Assembly: GCF_030144855.1 (NCBI RefSeq)
Contig: NC_082723.1
Location: forward strand, 15,624,001-15,688,000
From: Hypanus sabinus
Lineage: Eukaryota
Length of the DNA stretch: 64,000 bases
Direction: 5' to 3'
The notes beneath the pieces were generated by a model, which saw nothing but the letters and a program-made list of their open reading frames with translations, did no database searches and had not been told where the DNA came from. Positions 48,841 to 63,179 of the stretch are shown one piece after another (position 1 is the first letter of the stretch; each line of letters begins with the position of its first letter). The position numbers and the translations under genes were made by a program.

Positions 48841-50953
48841 GTAAATTTAAAGACTTTTTTCAATGGCCTATTCTTGCTTCATGAAGAACCAGGCAGCACA
48901 TTTGATTACTGACCTGTCTTGTTGGGGCTGTCATACTGATCAGAATCCAGTGTTAGTAGTTGATTTTACCGGGTAATATTTGGGATACGAAGTGGCTATT
49001 GCTGCCTGGAAAAAGCAGGCAAATATCATTGGGGTGAGGGTAGTGTCATGCTTCAGATTACTATCTTTTAACTAATGTTGGAAGATTAGGTTTATATCCA
49101 GGAGATATTCTCTGTGTAGGCTTGCAAATAAAGATTGGGTGCTTAAAGTGGAAGTCAGCAAAATTGTTGTAGCTTTAGGGTACTAGGACTATGAATTCAA
49201 TCTTTTGTTCTATATGAGAGAGTGATGCAACAAAAGGTTTTGATTTATGGGGAAGTTATTAACTAGAGGTCATCAACACAAGATCATCACCAAAAAATCC
49301 AATAGAGAATTTAGAAGGAACTTTTTTTTTACCGAGGGGATAGTTCTAGGAACTTGGATTCAATCAATCTAACATTTCTGAGCAAGGGAGTACTTGCTGC
49401 TTCCATACCAGTCCTGAGCCCATAAAGAAGGGTACTAGATTGATACAATAAACTATCACCAATACAGAAACCATTAAATATAAGAAATTAACTTGCATAA
49501 GTTGAAGTTGGACCACATGTACAAATGTTGATTTACTTCTCCCTGGTTTGCAAAATTAGAGCTGTATGAATTCCTGGACATCTACTCTATATAAATGATA
49601 AAGTATTTCTTTCAAAACAAATTGTTGAGACATTTTTTTATATCTATGGATCTAGCACAATCTAATTGAATGGCACAATGGGTGTAGTGGATTCGATAGT
49701 CAAGTAATGTTTTGGAAACTTGAATGTTTCCATCTTAAAAATGATTTGCTGCTGTCACTGTTAAACAGTAGGTTGCATTAAGTTCTCAAAGATGAGAAGG
49801 TTTTGTGACATTAATTTCTGATGAAAAATTAAGTATTTCTCTCTACACAGGTGCTGTCTGATTTGCTGAGCTTTTCCAGAATTCTCAGTTTTTTACATAT
49901 ATATGAACTAACTAGCATCTGGTTCAATAGGTTATTTTCTGGATTTAGCCTCTAACTCCTCGCTTAGCTTGCAGGGTACATACATTGTACTTCTGTAATA
50001 TGTGCACAAATGAACGCAGGAAGAATGTGTACCAGTTTATTGTACATTAATGACTTTACTGCACAGTTGAAGTTTTCCAATGGGAAATCAAAGAGGAGGA
50101 GTTGCCATGTTTTTTAAGGTAGATAAAGCAGTGTGATAGATAGTAGGTGACTCCATGTCCCCAGAATTTATTAACTCTACTTCATTTTGAAGTAGTTTTG
50201 TATTTAAATGTAGAGATCTTGGAGGCCATCTCATGGAGCTTCATTTTTTTCTCTAAGTTATCACTACATATAGTACATTGTGTGTGTTTTTGAGACTAGA
50301 TGAGGAGATACAAGATGGATAATCCTTGGAGCAAAAAGATTATCATTCATTAATGAAGTTATAGTCTATCTCTAATTTTACTTGCTCACATTTGCTGCAG
50401 TTCTCTAACACACATACAAGATGCTGGAGAAACTCAGCAAGTCAGGCTTGTCTAGCTTGTTTGTAATATCTGCATTTTTTTCAATTGACAGATTTAATTA
50501 TGAAACTTTGGCATAGCTGGGGGAAAATGTTGGAATTTTTTCAGCAAGTCTTAAGGGATTTACAAAACAATTCAATGTATGATGTGCAAATTTATCTCCT
50601 ATAGATCAGAGATTCCTTCATTACTTAAGATTTTTAAGAAAAACTCCTTATCCTTATATGCTGTAGATAATATTTAAATTTAAGTAGTTTATGCCAAGTA
50701 ATTTGTTTTATTTTTAAGAGTTAAATTTGCATTTTTTTCTCCTGTTTGATTCATCCATACTGTGTTGTCCCTGTCAAGTTCACTGCCGGATGATTAATTA
50801 ATGATAAGTGCTTCAGTAATGAACTGGCAATTTACTTGATTGGCTGTGACGTTCCTTTTGTTTTTGTTGTCTTTGGATCTACAAAAAGTACATTACACAT
50901 GATAGTGTTACCAAAGTAAATGAAAAATAGGTGAAAACTGTGTCTTTTTATTA

Positions 50954-53900
50954 GGTTTTTTAAAATAAATTTTTTTAATTGAATTTTCAAATAGGTTACA
51001 GAAAGAAAGAAAAATTATCAACCCTTACCCCCTCCCCTTAACCCCTCCCCCCTAACATTATCCCTGTAGACAAAAAAGAGAAGAAAAAAGAAAGAAAGAA
51101 AGAAAGAATGCCTGGATATCAGAAGAGCCCCACATGCTCCATGGAGTTCATAATAGCTTTAATATGTATATTTATTTCTTTCCCCGGATAACCAATAATT
51201 TTTATCTTCAGAGCACCTATATATTTAATCCTATCTTTTGTAAATAAGGGCACCAAATTTTCAGAAATATTTCATATTTATCTCTTAAATTATAAGTAAT
51301 TTTTTCAAGTGGAATGGAGTTAAAAATTTCATTCTTCCAACGATCTATACTTAAGTATGAATCTGATTTCCAAGTAACTGCAATAGCCTTTTTGGCTACT
51401 GCCAATGCAATTTTTATGAATTATTTCTGATATTTATTCAATTTGAATTTCGATTTTATTCCTTCAATATCGCCTGGTAAAAATAATGTTGGATTATGTG
51501 GAAGTTGTATTCCAATAATTTGTTCCAGTAAGACTCTTAAATTTGTCCAAAAAGGTTGAATTTTAAAACAAGACCAAGTAGAGTGTAAAAAAGTACCAAT
51601 TTTGTGATTGCATTGAAAACATTGATCAGATAAATTTGAGTTTAATCTATTTATTTTTTGTGGTGTAACATATAATAGATGTAAAAAGTTATATCGTACT
51701 AATCTTAGTTGGACATTTATTGTATTTGTCATACTGTCAAGACATAGTCTTGACCAACTTGTTTCATCAATTTTAATATTCAAATCAGTTTCCCATTTTT
51801 GTCTTGACTTACGAATTCCTTGTTTAATTGCCTGTTTTTGAATCAAATTATACATACCAGAAATATTTTTTTTAATTTTACCTTTATGAATTAAAGTTTC
51901 TATTTCATTAGGTTTCGGCAATAACATTGTTTGGCCCAGTTTATCTCTTAAATAAGCCCTTAATTGGAAATAACAGAAAAGAGTGTTATTTGATATTTTG
52001 TATTTATTCTTTAATTGGTCAAATGACATTAATATACCTACTTTAAAACAGTCTCCTATATATCTAATCCCTTTGTGAAACCAGTTGATTATCCATTGTA
52101 AAAGGAATAAGTTTATTTTGAATTAAAGGTCTCTTTGCTAATAAAGATTTCTTTATCTCATCATCAACATTTATCTTATTCCATAAATCAATCAAGTGTT
52201 TTCGTATAGGAGATTCTTTCTTTTCCCGTATCCATTTAGATTCCCATTTATATATAAAATCTTCTGGTATATTTTCTCCTATTTTATCTAATTCTATTCT
52301 AATCCATGCCTGTTTATCTGCATCAAAAAAAGATGCAATAAATCTAAGTTGATTTGCTTTGTAATAATTCTTAAAATTTGTAAGTTGTAGCCCTCCTAGA
52401 TCAAATTTCCATGTAATTTTTCCAACGACATTCTTGACATCTTACCTTTCCAAAGGAACATCCTCACACATTTATTTAACTCTTGAAAAAACTTCTGCAG
52501 TAATTGTATTGGTAGTGTTTGGAATAAATATTGTAATCTAGGGAATATATTCATTTTTACAGCATTGACTCTACCTACTAATGTTATTGGTAACATCATC
52601 CATTTGTCAAGATCCTCTTGAATTTTTTTCAATAATGGCAAATAATTTAGTTTATATAAATTCTTTATATCATTACCAACTCTTATACCTAAATACTTTA
52701 TACCATTTATCGGCCATCTAAATTGAGTTATTAATTGATATTGACTATAATCTCCTTTAGTAAGGGGTAGAATTTCACTTTTATCCCAATTTATTTTGTA
52801 CCCTGATGTTTTCCCATATTCTTCCAATCTAGAAGATAATTTACGCAACGAATGCAATGGGTTAGTTAGATAAAGCAGAACATCATCAGCAAATAAATTA
52901 ATCTTATATTCCTCCTGATTAACTCTGAAACCCATAATATCTGTCAGTTCTAATTAATTCAGCTAATGGTTCTATCGCCAACACAAATAAAGCAGGTGAT
53001 AATGGACAACCGTGTCTAGTTGACCTTGTTACCTGAAATGATGTTGAAATTTGGCCATTTGTCACCACTTTAGCTTTGGGGTTAGTATTTAAGGTTTCAA
53101 TCCATTTTATAAAAGATACTCCTTATCCATATTTTTCCATTACCTTAAATAAAAAATCCCATTCCAATCTATCAAATGCTTTTTCTGCATCCAAAGCAAC
53201 TGCCGCACTCATTTCTTCCCTCTTTTGTGTCAAATGAATTATGCTAAGTAACTGAGTTACATTATCTGCTGATTGTCTATTTTTAATAAATCCTGTTTGG
53301 TCCATGTGTATTAATTTTGGTAAGTATTTAGATAATCTATTAGATAAAATTTTTGCTATTATTTTATAATCTGTGTTCAACAAAGAAATAGTTCTATATG
53401 ATGTTGGCTTTAAAAGATCTGTGTCTTTTTTTGGCAATACTATTAAAATAGCCGTCGAAAAAGATTCTGGAAGTTTCTGCGTTATTTCCACTTGGTGTAT
53501 TAGCTCCATAAAAGGGGGGATTAATAAATCTTTAAACTTTTTGTAAAATTCAGGCGGAAAACCATCTTCTCCTGGAGATTTATTACTCTGAAGTGATCCT
53601 AGAGCTTCTTCGACCTCTTTTAATGTAAAAGGCACATCTAATCCCTTCTGTTCTTCCGAATTCAATTTAGGGAGAGTTATTTGTGATAAAACCTTTCTAT
53701 CAACAATATCATTTTGTGATTCTGATTGATACAGTTCAGAATAAAAAATTTTTTAAGTTTCATTGATTTCTAAAGGTTTATAAGTAATTCTATTTGCACT
53801 TGTTCTAATTGCATTTATCGTTTTGGAAGCCTGGTCTGTTTTTAACTGCCAAGCAAGAATCTTGTGTGATATTTCACCTAGTTCATAATATCTCTGTTTA

Positions 53901-56686
53901 GTTCTCATAATTGCTTTTTTCTGTTTGGTATGTCTGAAGTGTATTATATTGTAGCTTCTTATTAGCAAGTTGTCTTTGTTTTTCTTCTGTCATATATCTT
54001 TGAGATTCTTTATCTAATTTTGTAATCTCTTTTTCCAATTGATCTATTTCTACCATATATTCCTTCTTAATTTTAGAAGTATAATTTATTATTTGGCCTC
54101 TCAAATATGCCTTCATCGCTACCCATAATATAAATTTATCATCAACTGAATGTGAGTTTGTATCTAAAAAAAACTGAATCTGTTTTTTCATAAAATCACA
54201 AAAATCTTGATGTTTTAATAATATTGAATTAAATCTCCATCTGTAAATCGATTCCTCCTTATCCATCATTGTCATTGTCAAGGGAGAATGATCTGACAAT
54301 ATTCTTGCTTTATATTACATATTTTTCACTCTGTCTTGAATATTCACTGATAGTAGGAAAAAATCTATCCTTGAATAAGTTTTATGTCTATTTGAATAAA
54401 ATGAATAATCTCTTTCTCTTGGGTTAATTCTTCTCCATATATCAATCAAATTTAAATCTTTCATCAATGATAAAGTTAATTTTGCTACTTTTGGTTTTGT
54501 AACAACCTTTGTTGATCTATCTAAGACTGGGTCTAGACAAAAGTTAAAGTCTCCACCTATTAATATTTTGTCATGTGCGTCAGCCAAATTCAAAAAAGCC
54601 TCATCGTTTTCATTTGGTGCATAAACATTCATAAGAGTCCATAGTTCTGAAAAGATTTGACAATGTATAATTACATATCTTCCCGCTGAATCAATTAATA
54701 CATTTTGTATTTTAATTGGTAAAGTTTTGTTAACCAAAATTGCAACTCCCCTCGCTTTTGAATTAAATGAAGCTGCAATAACATTTCTGACCCAATCTCT
54801 CTTTAATTTCTGATGTTCTATCTCTGTTAAATGTGTTTCTTTTATAAAAGCTATATCTATTTTCATTTTCTTAATGTATATTAAAATTCTTTTTCTTTTC
54901 ACCGGTCCATTAAGCCCATTAACATTAAAACTTTAAAAGATCATTAAATTAGTCATTATTTATAATGGGGTTACTCCAATCTATAATAATACATAATATT
55001 TCAACTCTCGTAGTGCCTTGGGGAATTATTTTAAAATTCTCCATGCTGCTATGTGTCTCCCCTCCGATCATCCAGGCAAAGAAAGATAAAAGAAAAATAG
55101 ATTATAAAGAAAAAAGCAACAAAAACCCCCCTGCTAATGTTGCGAATGAAAAAAAAAACACATTATGCCCCTCCATTGTGCAGGTCATGGCAAACGCCAT
55201 GATTACACATGTGAATCCCGTAGCGATCGATCCAAAGTTCCCCCAGCTCCCCCGTACCATGAAAAAAGGATATGTAAGAGAAGAAAAAATATCACTACTC
55301 TCAATTAATATTTCTCAAATTTTTACTTTTCTCCCCCTGTATCATATAATTAAAAGTATATTTAAATATTCTTCTGTCCTTGATGTCCATCAACTCACTT
55401 CACTGTCCCTGTCTTCATCCTTAATCCGTTTCACTTTTAAATCTTTACTGTGTCTAGTGAATATTTGGGAGTACTTGTGCAAACTCCTCTGCATTCTGAT
55501 GATCAGTAAAAAAATCTTCTTTTTCCGTCATCCAAAAAAATTATCATTGTTGCCGGGTGGCGCAATACAAATTTATAACCCTTTTTCCATAAAACTTTTT
55601 TCGCTGGATTAAATTCCTTCTTTCTCTTCAAAAGGTCATAACTTATATCAGGATAGAAAAGAACTGCTTTCCCTTCAATGGCTCATTTCTCTTTCTGGCA
55701 CATTGGGCAGTCGCCTTCAGGATCTTTTCTTTATCTTGATATCTTAAGCATTTTATCAAGATTAGTCATGGGTTTTGATTAGGTTGAGGTTTTGGTCTTA
55801 AGGCTCTGTGAACCCTTTCGATTTCAATCAACTGGGTTTCCTCTTCCATTTCCAAATTTTCCGGGATCCTTTTTTAAAAAATTTTATTAGATCCTCTCCC
55901 TCTATCCGTTCTTTAAGACCAACAATTTTAATATTATTTCGTCAACTAAAATTTTCAAGCACGTCTATTTTTTCCAACAGTCGTTTTCTTTCTGATGTCC
56001 AGGCAAGAATATTATTCACTCTATCAATAGTGTCTCCCGTTATTTCTTCCAACTTTTTAACTTTCTTGTCCATTTTCTCCTGTTTTTCACCATTTTATCA
56101 AACATAATCTTCATATTTTTAGTATCTTTTACTATTTTTAATGTTCTTAATTCTTTTAATTCGTGCATTATTTGCACCAAAGCTTTTCTTATGTCTGCAG
56201 AAGATCTTCCACCTCCAACCTCTTCCTGTTGTTCTTCTTTTGCCTCCTCATCTTCATCTGTATGTTCCAGAGAATCTGAATCCACCTCGGATTCATTTTC
56301 ACTTCCACTTCCAATCGTAGCTGGGATTTGTAGTTCAAATTGCTCATGTTTGCGCATGCCCTTTCCTACGTACACGCGCAGTTCCTGTTGTTCCTTCTTG
56401 GAGACTGTTGATGTTTCCGCTGATTCCTGTTCTGTATCACCGGAGGTGAGATGCACTTGAATCCGAGGCTTCTTCATGGTGGCCGGGCCAGCTTGTACTA
56501 TCTTCAAAGTAGTAGTTTTCTTCTGCGTCTGTTTAGGAGGCATATCTAAGGAAAATTCTGAGTAGTTTAGACGTAGTTTTTAGAAAATACTTACTAACTT
56601 TAATTTATTTAAACATTAATTTATTAATTTTTTACAGGAGAGCTGGATTTCCATGTCTCGATCCTACGTCATCATGTGACATCCCC
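50954..56686 (-). mobile_element. Near full-length decayed L1-clade LINE (~5.7 kb)
   Basis: ORF1 from 56543 (RNNIKIVGL.E..EG); endonuclease (KETHL, GGDFN, SRIDFF, SDH); RT (KSPGEDGF, DAEKAFDR, LFADD); C-terminal Cys region; A-rich tail; candidate TSD TTTTTATTA. Confidence 0.93.
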
Positions 56687-56796
56687 TATTTTTTATTACG
56701 TATTGAAAGGTTTCAGAATAATGTGTTTGAATTTATAGGTTCTCCTACTAAACCATGTCTCTTCTAATTTGATATTATTTTGGCTGTATTGCAAAG

Positions 56797-56940
56797 GTAT
56801 GACCCCAAGACAAACCAGTGGAGTAGTGATGTAGCTCCGACGAGCACGTGTAGAACCAGTGTGGGGGTAGCAGTGCTGGGAGGACACCTTTATGCTGTTG
56901 GAGGACAAGATGGAGTGTCCTGCCTTAACATTGTCGAAAG
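56797..56940 (+). CDS. KLHL20: KLHL20-like coding exon 6, 144 nt
   Basis: [48 protein letters not shown]. Confidence 0.96.
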
Positions 56941-58597
56941 GTAATGTTTTCATCTGATTGCCTATTCAATGACTAAAGTCCTGGTACTGCCTAAAGACCA
57001 TTCCATTCTCTTTCTGACCATTCAGTAGGGTAGATTTAATTACACATACTGGGACAACTGGGAGAAGGATCTGAGGAGATTGATTACAAACATGGTTCTG
57101 CCTCACGGGAGAGTATATCCATCAAGCTCCTTTTCATGTCATAAACTGTATAAAATGTTTGGTGAGGGGAGACTTAGAATGCAAAGTTGGTAACAAGCTG
57201 CCCTGAACTGGAACCTCATAATATGCTGAAGATGGTTCTAGACGGTGCTGCATTTGGAAGACTACTATTAGAAATAGTCACCTGATGGTTGGATTCAGGA
57301 ACACTTTTCTTTTCCATTGGCCTAGTTACTACATTTATTGAGTTCCAAACAGTGGCTGAATCTCTGAAGGTGTAAATGATTATGTTAAATTAGTTGTTGT
57401 ATCTTCAGGAGGTGGCAAAATGTGCTTGTGTGTGACCATTTTTGGCTTTTTGGAACAACAGTTAGTCTTGTAAAGTTGAAACCTTACTTCTGTTATTGCC
57501 CATTAGCACACCCATGAGAAAGATGGTAAGGTTTAGTTTTCATGTGGTTTCTTTAGTTTGAAAGTGAGTCGCTCATGACAGGAAATTAGAACTAAGTCTT
57601 CTCTGCCAATCCAATATCTGAGCCATTTTGGTTTGCAGTATCACAGAGCAGTGTCTTGTTTCAAGTGCCCATTCAGATTCATCCAGTTAGATAGATGCAG
57701 ATAGATCCATGCAGTGTGCAGTAGAAAAAAGCACATCCACTACCTGGAGTATCATGAGCCATGGTGCACCTTGGAAAGGAAATACTGGCTTTTATATACA
57801 TTGATATGAATATAGTAGAATGGTCCTTGAACACTGAGCAGAAAAAGTTACACAAAGTAGATACTTATTCCTTGGGATTTAAATGGTTTCTTTAAAGTTT
57901 AAGTTATTATAGGGAATTGATAGAAGGAATACCACTTCTGGGTTAGGGAAAAAAGGACTAGGGACAGAGTTCTGAAATTAAAATAAGGCCTTTTGAGAGT
58001 GAAATTAAGAAATATCACTACCTATGAAAGATGGTAGAAGTTTGGAATCCTACAAGTATCATTTGACATTAAAAATTAATTTAAAAATTTGCAATGATAA
58101 GTCTTTGTTATCACCAAAGGTATTTGGTTGAAGAAGGGCATATGAAGTTAGATCACAGATCAGCCACAATCCTATTGAATGGTGTAACAGGTCTGTATGG
58201 ATAAATGTGATAATTCTACAATATGATGAAGCTAGCTGGACAACTAACAGTAAATTTTTCAGTATTGTTGATCTCTATATCCTGTTAAATTCTTGCAGCA
58301 TCCTTGCCAACTTTTACCCAGATCCTGAGTGATTAGATAAGGAGATGATGTGTACTAACTGGTCAGAGGACAAATTGAACACCATGGATTTCATTGTTGT
58401 GCCTGATACTATTCTGTGATAAACCCATTGTGAATTTTCTGTTTAAATTAAATATACATATATGACGCAAGAAATTCTGCAGATGCTGGAAATCTGTTGG
58501 GGCTGGGATCCTTCATCAGGACTGGAATGGAAGGGGGAAGATGTCAGAATAAGAAGGTGGGGAAGAGAAAGGAAGACAAGTTAGAAAATATAACATA

Positions 58598-58917
58598 CAA
58601 GGGGTGATTGATGAGTTTGTGGCCTAAGGTAGAAGGAGATGAGTTATTAACTTCAGACTTTCTGCATAATCACTCAGAGAGTTGAACAGCATGAGCATAT
58701 AACGAGAGCTATATAACTCATCTCCTTCTACCTTAGGCTTCAAACTTATCAATCACCCATCTGTGGACTCTTTCTAGAGGTCCAAGATCCGTTTGCTCCA
58801 CGACCACTGGACTAAGTGTGTAAATGAAGGAGGGGACTATGTTGAAAATTAAATGTGCTAGGTTTTCTAAAATTGACTCCTTCTACCTTAGGCCACAAAC
58901 TTATCAATCACCCCTCG
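58598..58917. mobile_element. Mariner-type MITE (320 bp)
   Basis: TA TSDs; ~40-bp TIRs CAAGGGGTGATTGATGAGTTTGTGGCCTAAGGTAGAAGGA; extra internal TIR copy at ~58715-58758. Confidence 0.88.
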
Positions 58918-59356
58918 TATATGACATATTTTTAGAAAACATAGATTAGAACTTCTTCCAAGGGTTCAAGCTTGTGGCTCAGTCACATGTACAAGGAGGG
59001 AACCAACTTGCATCATTTCATGATATAATAGCATAACTTCTAAGCTTGGAGGGAGGAAACAAGTTAAGGTCTTGCGCCTGATATCTATCCTGTGACCATT
59101 ACTGAATTTTCTTTGTTGGAATAAATTGGACTTGATTGTTATGTTCTTTACACCCACATACTTGGCAGCACTTAGTCTAGACTCAAGTAAAAAATGAAAA
59201 CAAAGACTGCCAGAATTCCGGTGGAAGTCTAGGAAAAAACATACAGAAGGTGAAAAAATTGGTAGAAAGTGCAGTGGCAGAAGAAGACGACTTGTTGGAC
59301 TTGATACGCTGAGATTTATAGAGGAAATCTGATTTGTAGCACATTTATCTTACCAG

Positions 59357-59490
59357 GTTTGATCCTAAGGAAAATAAATGGATGAGAGTAGCACCTATGA
59401 GTACTCGTCGTCTGGGGGTAGCTGTGGCGGTCCTTGGTGGACATCTTTATGCTACAGGGGGCTCTGATGGAACATCTCCATTGAATACAG
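59357..59490 (+). CDS. KLHL20: KLHL20-like coding exon 7, 134 nt
   Basis: [44 protein letters not shown]; CAG/GTAATG boundaries. Confidence 0.96.
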
Positions 59491-62400
59491 GTAATGTTAT
59501 TGGGAATAGATTCCTTCTAAAGCTAGTTCACAGTTAGACTGGCCCAAGAGGAATAGTGCGTTGTTCTAAAACCAGTGTCGACAGGTTCCGGTAGGCAGTG
59601 AGGATGGAAAAGGAACATTTTCCCCACGAAGATCAGAAAGAACATGATATTCTCTTCAACTGGTATCTGAAAGGAACTTAATTGTTCGTCCTTGCTGTGT
59701 GGGTAATGGCTGTTTTACTGCCCTTAAATAACTTGTTTTATTCAGATTGTAAATGGTGTAAATTGAATGGAAAAGTAGTATAATACTAATAAATGAGGAA
59801 TTCAACTGGTGATGATCTGATCACATGTTCATGTTTCAAAGGGTGATATTAAAATGTTGCATAAGTTTTGAGCATTTTATCCTGATTTAGTTCATTTCAT
59901 GTCACATGAATTCAAAGATAATGTTATAAGCCTGTAAATGTTGTATTGGAAAAGTGATATGACCTTAAGTAACCAAAGTCTAAGGCTCTTAATAAGCAAC
60001 TTCAGCAAAGCATTTCCATCCATACAGTTTACATAACCGCTTGCCAGTTTTGTTTTAATAAAGTGAACATTATCTGGGGCAGCACTGTTACTTTACAGCA
60101 TCAACAGTCACCAATCGGGATTCAATTCTCGCCACTGCCTGTAAGGAGTTTGTATGTTTTTCCCATGCTATGTGGATTTTCTCCCAGAACTTCGGTTTCC
60201 TCTCACATTCCAAAGGTGTACGGTTAGTGCTAGTGAATTGCAGCCATGCTGTATTTAGTGATACAGTGTGGAAATGGCCCTTTGAGTGACACTGCTCCAG
60301 CAACCGCACAACCCCTGGAACCTCATCACAGGACAATTTACCAGATAACCTACCCAGGATGCCTTTGGATTGGAAAGAAACTGGAGCGCCTGGGCAAAAC
60401 AGAGACTCCTTACAGACAGCACTGGGATTAAACTCCAAACTCTGGAATGACCCAATCTGTAATAGCGTTGCGCAAAAAATTACCTTACCTTGGTGTGGTG
60501 ACACTTGTGCACTGCTCCAAGGATAATCCTCATTGATATGATTTGATGTAAACACCACATTTCACTGGATGTTTCAGTGTTTCAATGCACATGTAACAAA
60601 GTATTTTGTTAGTTTAAATTTTTGCACCTGACTATGAGTGAGAAAACAAGAATAGAAGCATCACAACAGTCCAGCCTAAAAGTGCAGCTTTTTTCTGTTC
60701 TTACTTCAAAGTTCAGGCATTCGAAGAATACTCTGGAAGTATAGGTTGTCTTCTGTACTTCAGATTAGATAACAGTGTGAATCTAAACTTGATCCAATAT
60801 ATTTTGAGATTTGTTCAACTCCTATACCAACTTTTGTTGGTTCAGTGGTAATTCTCACTAAACTCATGGGTTCAGAGCTATGGTGTTGGATCCACCTGTA
60901 CATGGGTTGCGATGCCCGGTCTCATTTCATGTCTAGTTTCCCTCTCACTGGTACAGATTGATTTGGAAGGTCTCTGGTCCTCTGGTCCTGACAATGAATT
61001 GGTAGTTAGCCTCCACGAAACCGTCTCCTTATGCTATACAATTCTTTGAATTCAGCACTCCCCAAAATAAGTAATTTTTCTTCACAGATTAGGATATAGG
61101 AATATGAAACTCAGGAGCATAATTAAGTCATTCAGCCCATCAAGTCTGCTCCTCCATTTGATCATGGCTGATTTACTTTCCCTTTCAACCCCATACTCCA
61201 GCCTACTCCCCCATAACTTTTGAAGCTTTTACTAATCAAGATCCTATCAACCTGTGGGGGGGGGGGTCAATATTGTGGTCTACTGCCAGAAAAATAACTT
61301 GAGAACAAAAGGAAACCACAGGATTATTTTCTGTGGGCATCCCAAAACACAGTCTGACTTTTTTTGAAACCTGTTAGTAAGTTCATAGAGCCTATTTTAG
61401 ATAGATTTTAGAACCATATAGTTAAAGAAATGTGATGTTAATAGATTTGTAGAGGGATATGGAAATCTATGTAATTTGGTATGTTTAGACTGAGCCAGAG
61501 GAAGTCAGATTGGAACTAGCTTTGGTCGGTGAGATGTGAGGAAGGAGATGAGTTATGGAAGGAGTGGAGGGAAAGGGGATAGACCAAGAGTTAACAAGTT
61601 TTTAATGCCATGGACCTCTACCATAAACTGAGGAGTCTGTGGACCCCAGCCTTAGGCAGAGAGCTGCTGCCTAAATAAATATTGTAAAATCAGGGAAGCC
61701 TCGGTCTTTTCGGTGTAGAAGTTGACGGTATGCTTTAGACAGCATGAAAGACCTTGCAGCTGTGTGGAGTTCTCAACAGCAATGCTTTGGGTGATGGGAA
61801 CGGGTGTAAAACTGTTTTTCCCCTATTTGATGATGTCAAAGCTGATCTGTGATCCAACACTGTATATCTTTTATTCAAAATTCCTCACAACTTTTTAAAT
61901 AAATAAAAGCCATAATTCTCAAATTTTCAATTGGTTGATGATGCTGTATTGATGGGTTGCAGAATTCCACCACCAGCTGTGGGATGGAGTCTTTCTTGCC
62001 TGTTCCTGAAAGGCAAGGCTTGGGTTTTCCAAACTGCAGAAACAATTTCTTTCCAACACATCAGTTCCCCTTTAATGTCTTAAAATGAAATCAAGTCACA
62101 TTTTAATCCATTAAACTCTAAAGTTTATCAGAGGAAATCATCTTGAAAGTTGTAATTTAATACCAGTTATCGTTTCTTGTACTTCCTCCCTCTGTTATAT
62201 TTTTATATCTTTCAGGATATTTTTCATGTGCCTAGAATTGCTTAAACTAGTAGACTTGCATTAATCTTGTAAAACTTATGTGCTGATGCTAGTCCTCTAT
62301 GTATAAAGCAAGCCTTTGATGAGATTATTTTCTTGTTTGAATAGTTTTTTTATATGATGGAAAAGCACCCTGCATATTTGTGAATACCTAGGGCAAACCT

Positions 62401-62520
62401 TAAATAATGTGCAACTGAAAAAAATTAAAATTGTGTGAGCTACCAATCAAAAATATACACAAAGCCTGTTTTGCTCACTTACTGTACTGACATTGTTGTT
62501 TGGGTTCATGTACTTTCCAG

Positions 62521-62729
62521 TTGAACGTTTCATTCCTCAGGAGAACCGTTGGTCTCCTTGTCCGCCTATGGGAACAAGACGGAAACATCTCGGCTGTGCT
62601 GTCTTCCAGGACATGATCTACGCAGTGGGGGGACGTGATGACACAACAGAGCTCAGCAGTGCTGAGCGATACAACCTTCGGACCAGTCAATGGTCTCCAG
62701 TGGTTGCTATGACTTCCAGACGCAGTGGA
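62521..62729 (+). CDS. KLHL20: KLHL20-like coding exon 8, 209 nt (gene continues beyond the window)
   Basis: [70 protein letters not shown]; donor GTAAGT. Confidence 0.96.
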
Positions 62730-62909
62730 GTAAGTGAATACTAAAATTGTATGTAAGTGTTGGAATTGAGACTGAACATTGGAAAGTAGCTGCCATTAAT
62801 CCAAGCAATGCTCTCTGTCTAATTCGGTTTGTTCATCTGTTCCCCATTGTGGTATTATACAATATTTGATGAGAGATGGACCAAGTATCCAAATCTCACT
62901 AAAGCTATT

Positions 62910-63175
62910 TAAGACCATAAGATATAGGAGTAGAAGTAGGCCATTTGGCCCATCGAGTCTGCTCCACCATTCAATCATGGGCTGATCCAATTCTTCCAGT
63001 CATTCCCACTCCCCTGCCTTCTCCCCATACCCTTTCATGCACTGGTTGATCAAGAACCTATCTATCTCTGCCTTAAGTGCACCCAATGACTTGGCCCTCA
63101 CAGCCGCTCATGGCAACAAATTCTACAGATTTACTACCCTCTGACTAAAGTAATTTCTCCGCATCTCAGCTCGAA
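62910..63175 (-). mobile_element. CR1 3' end (second subfamily)
   Basis: ATAAGACCATAAGATATAGGAGTAGAAGTAGGCCATT tail; same family at 8830-9015, 19140-19360 and 61085-61255. Confidence 0.8.
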
Positions 63176-63179
63176 ATGG

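Noticed and set aside
54965-55612. 215-aa plus-strand ORF
   Set aside because: Antisense to the L1 ORF1 end and inter-ORF region; no recognisable domain.
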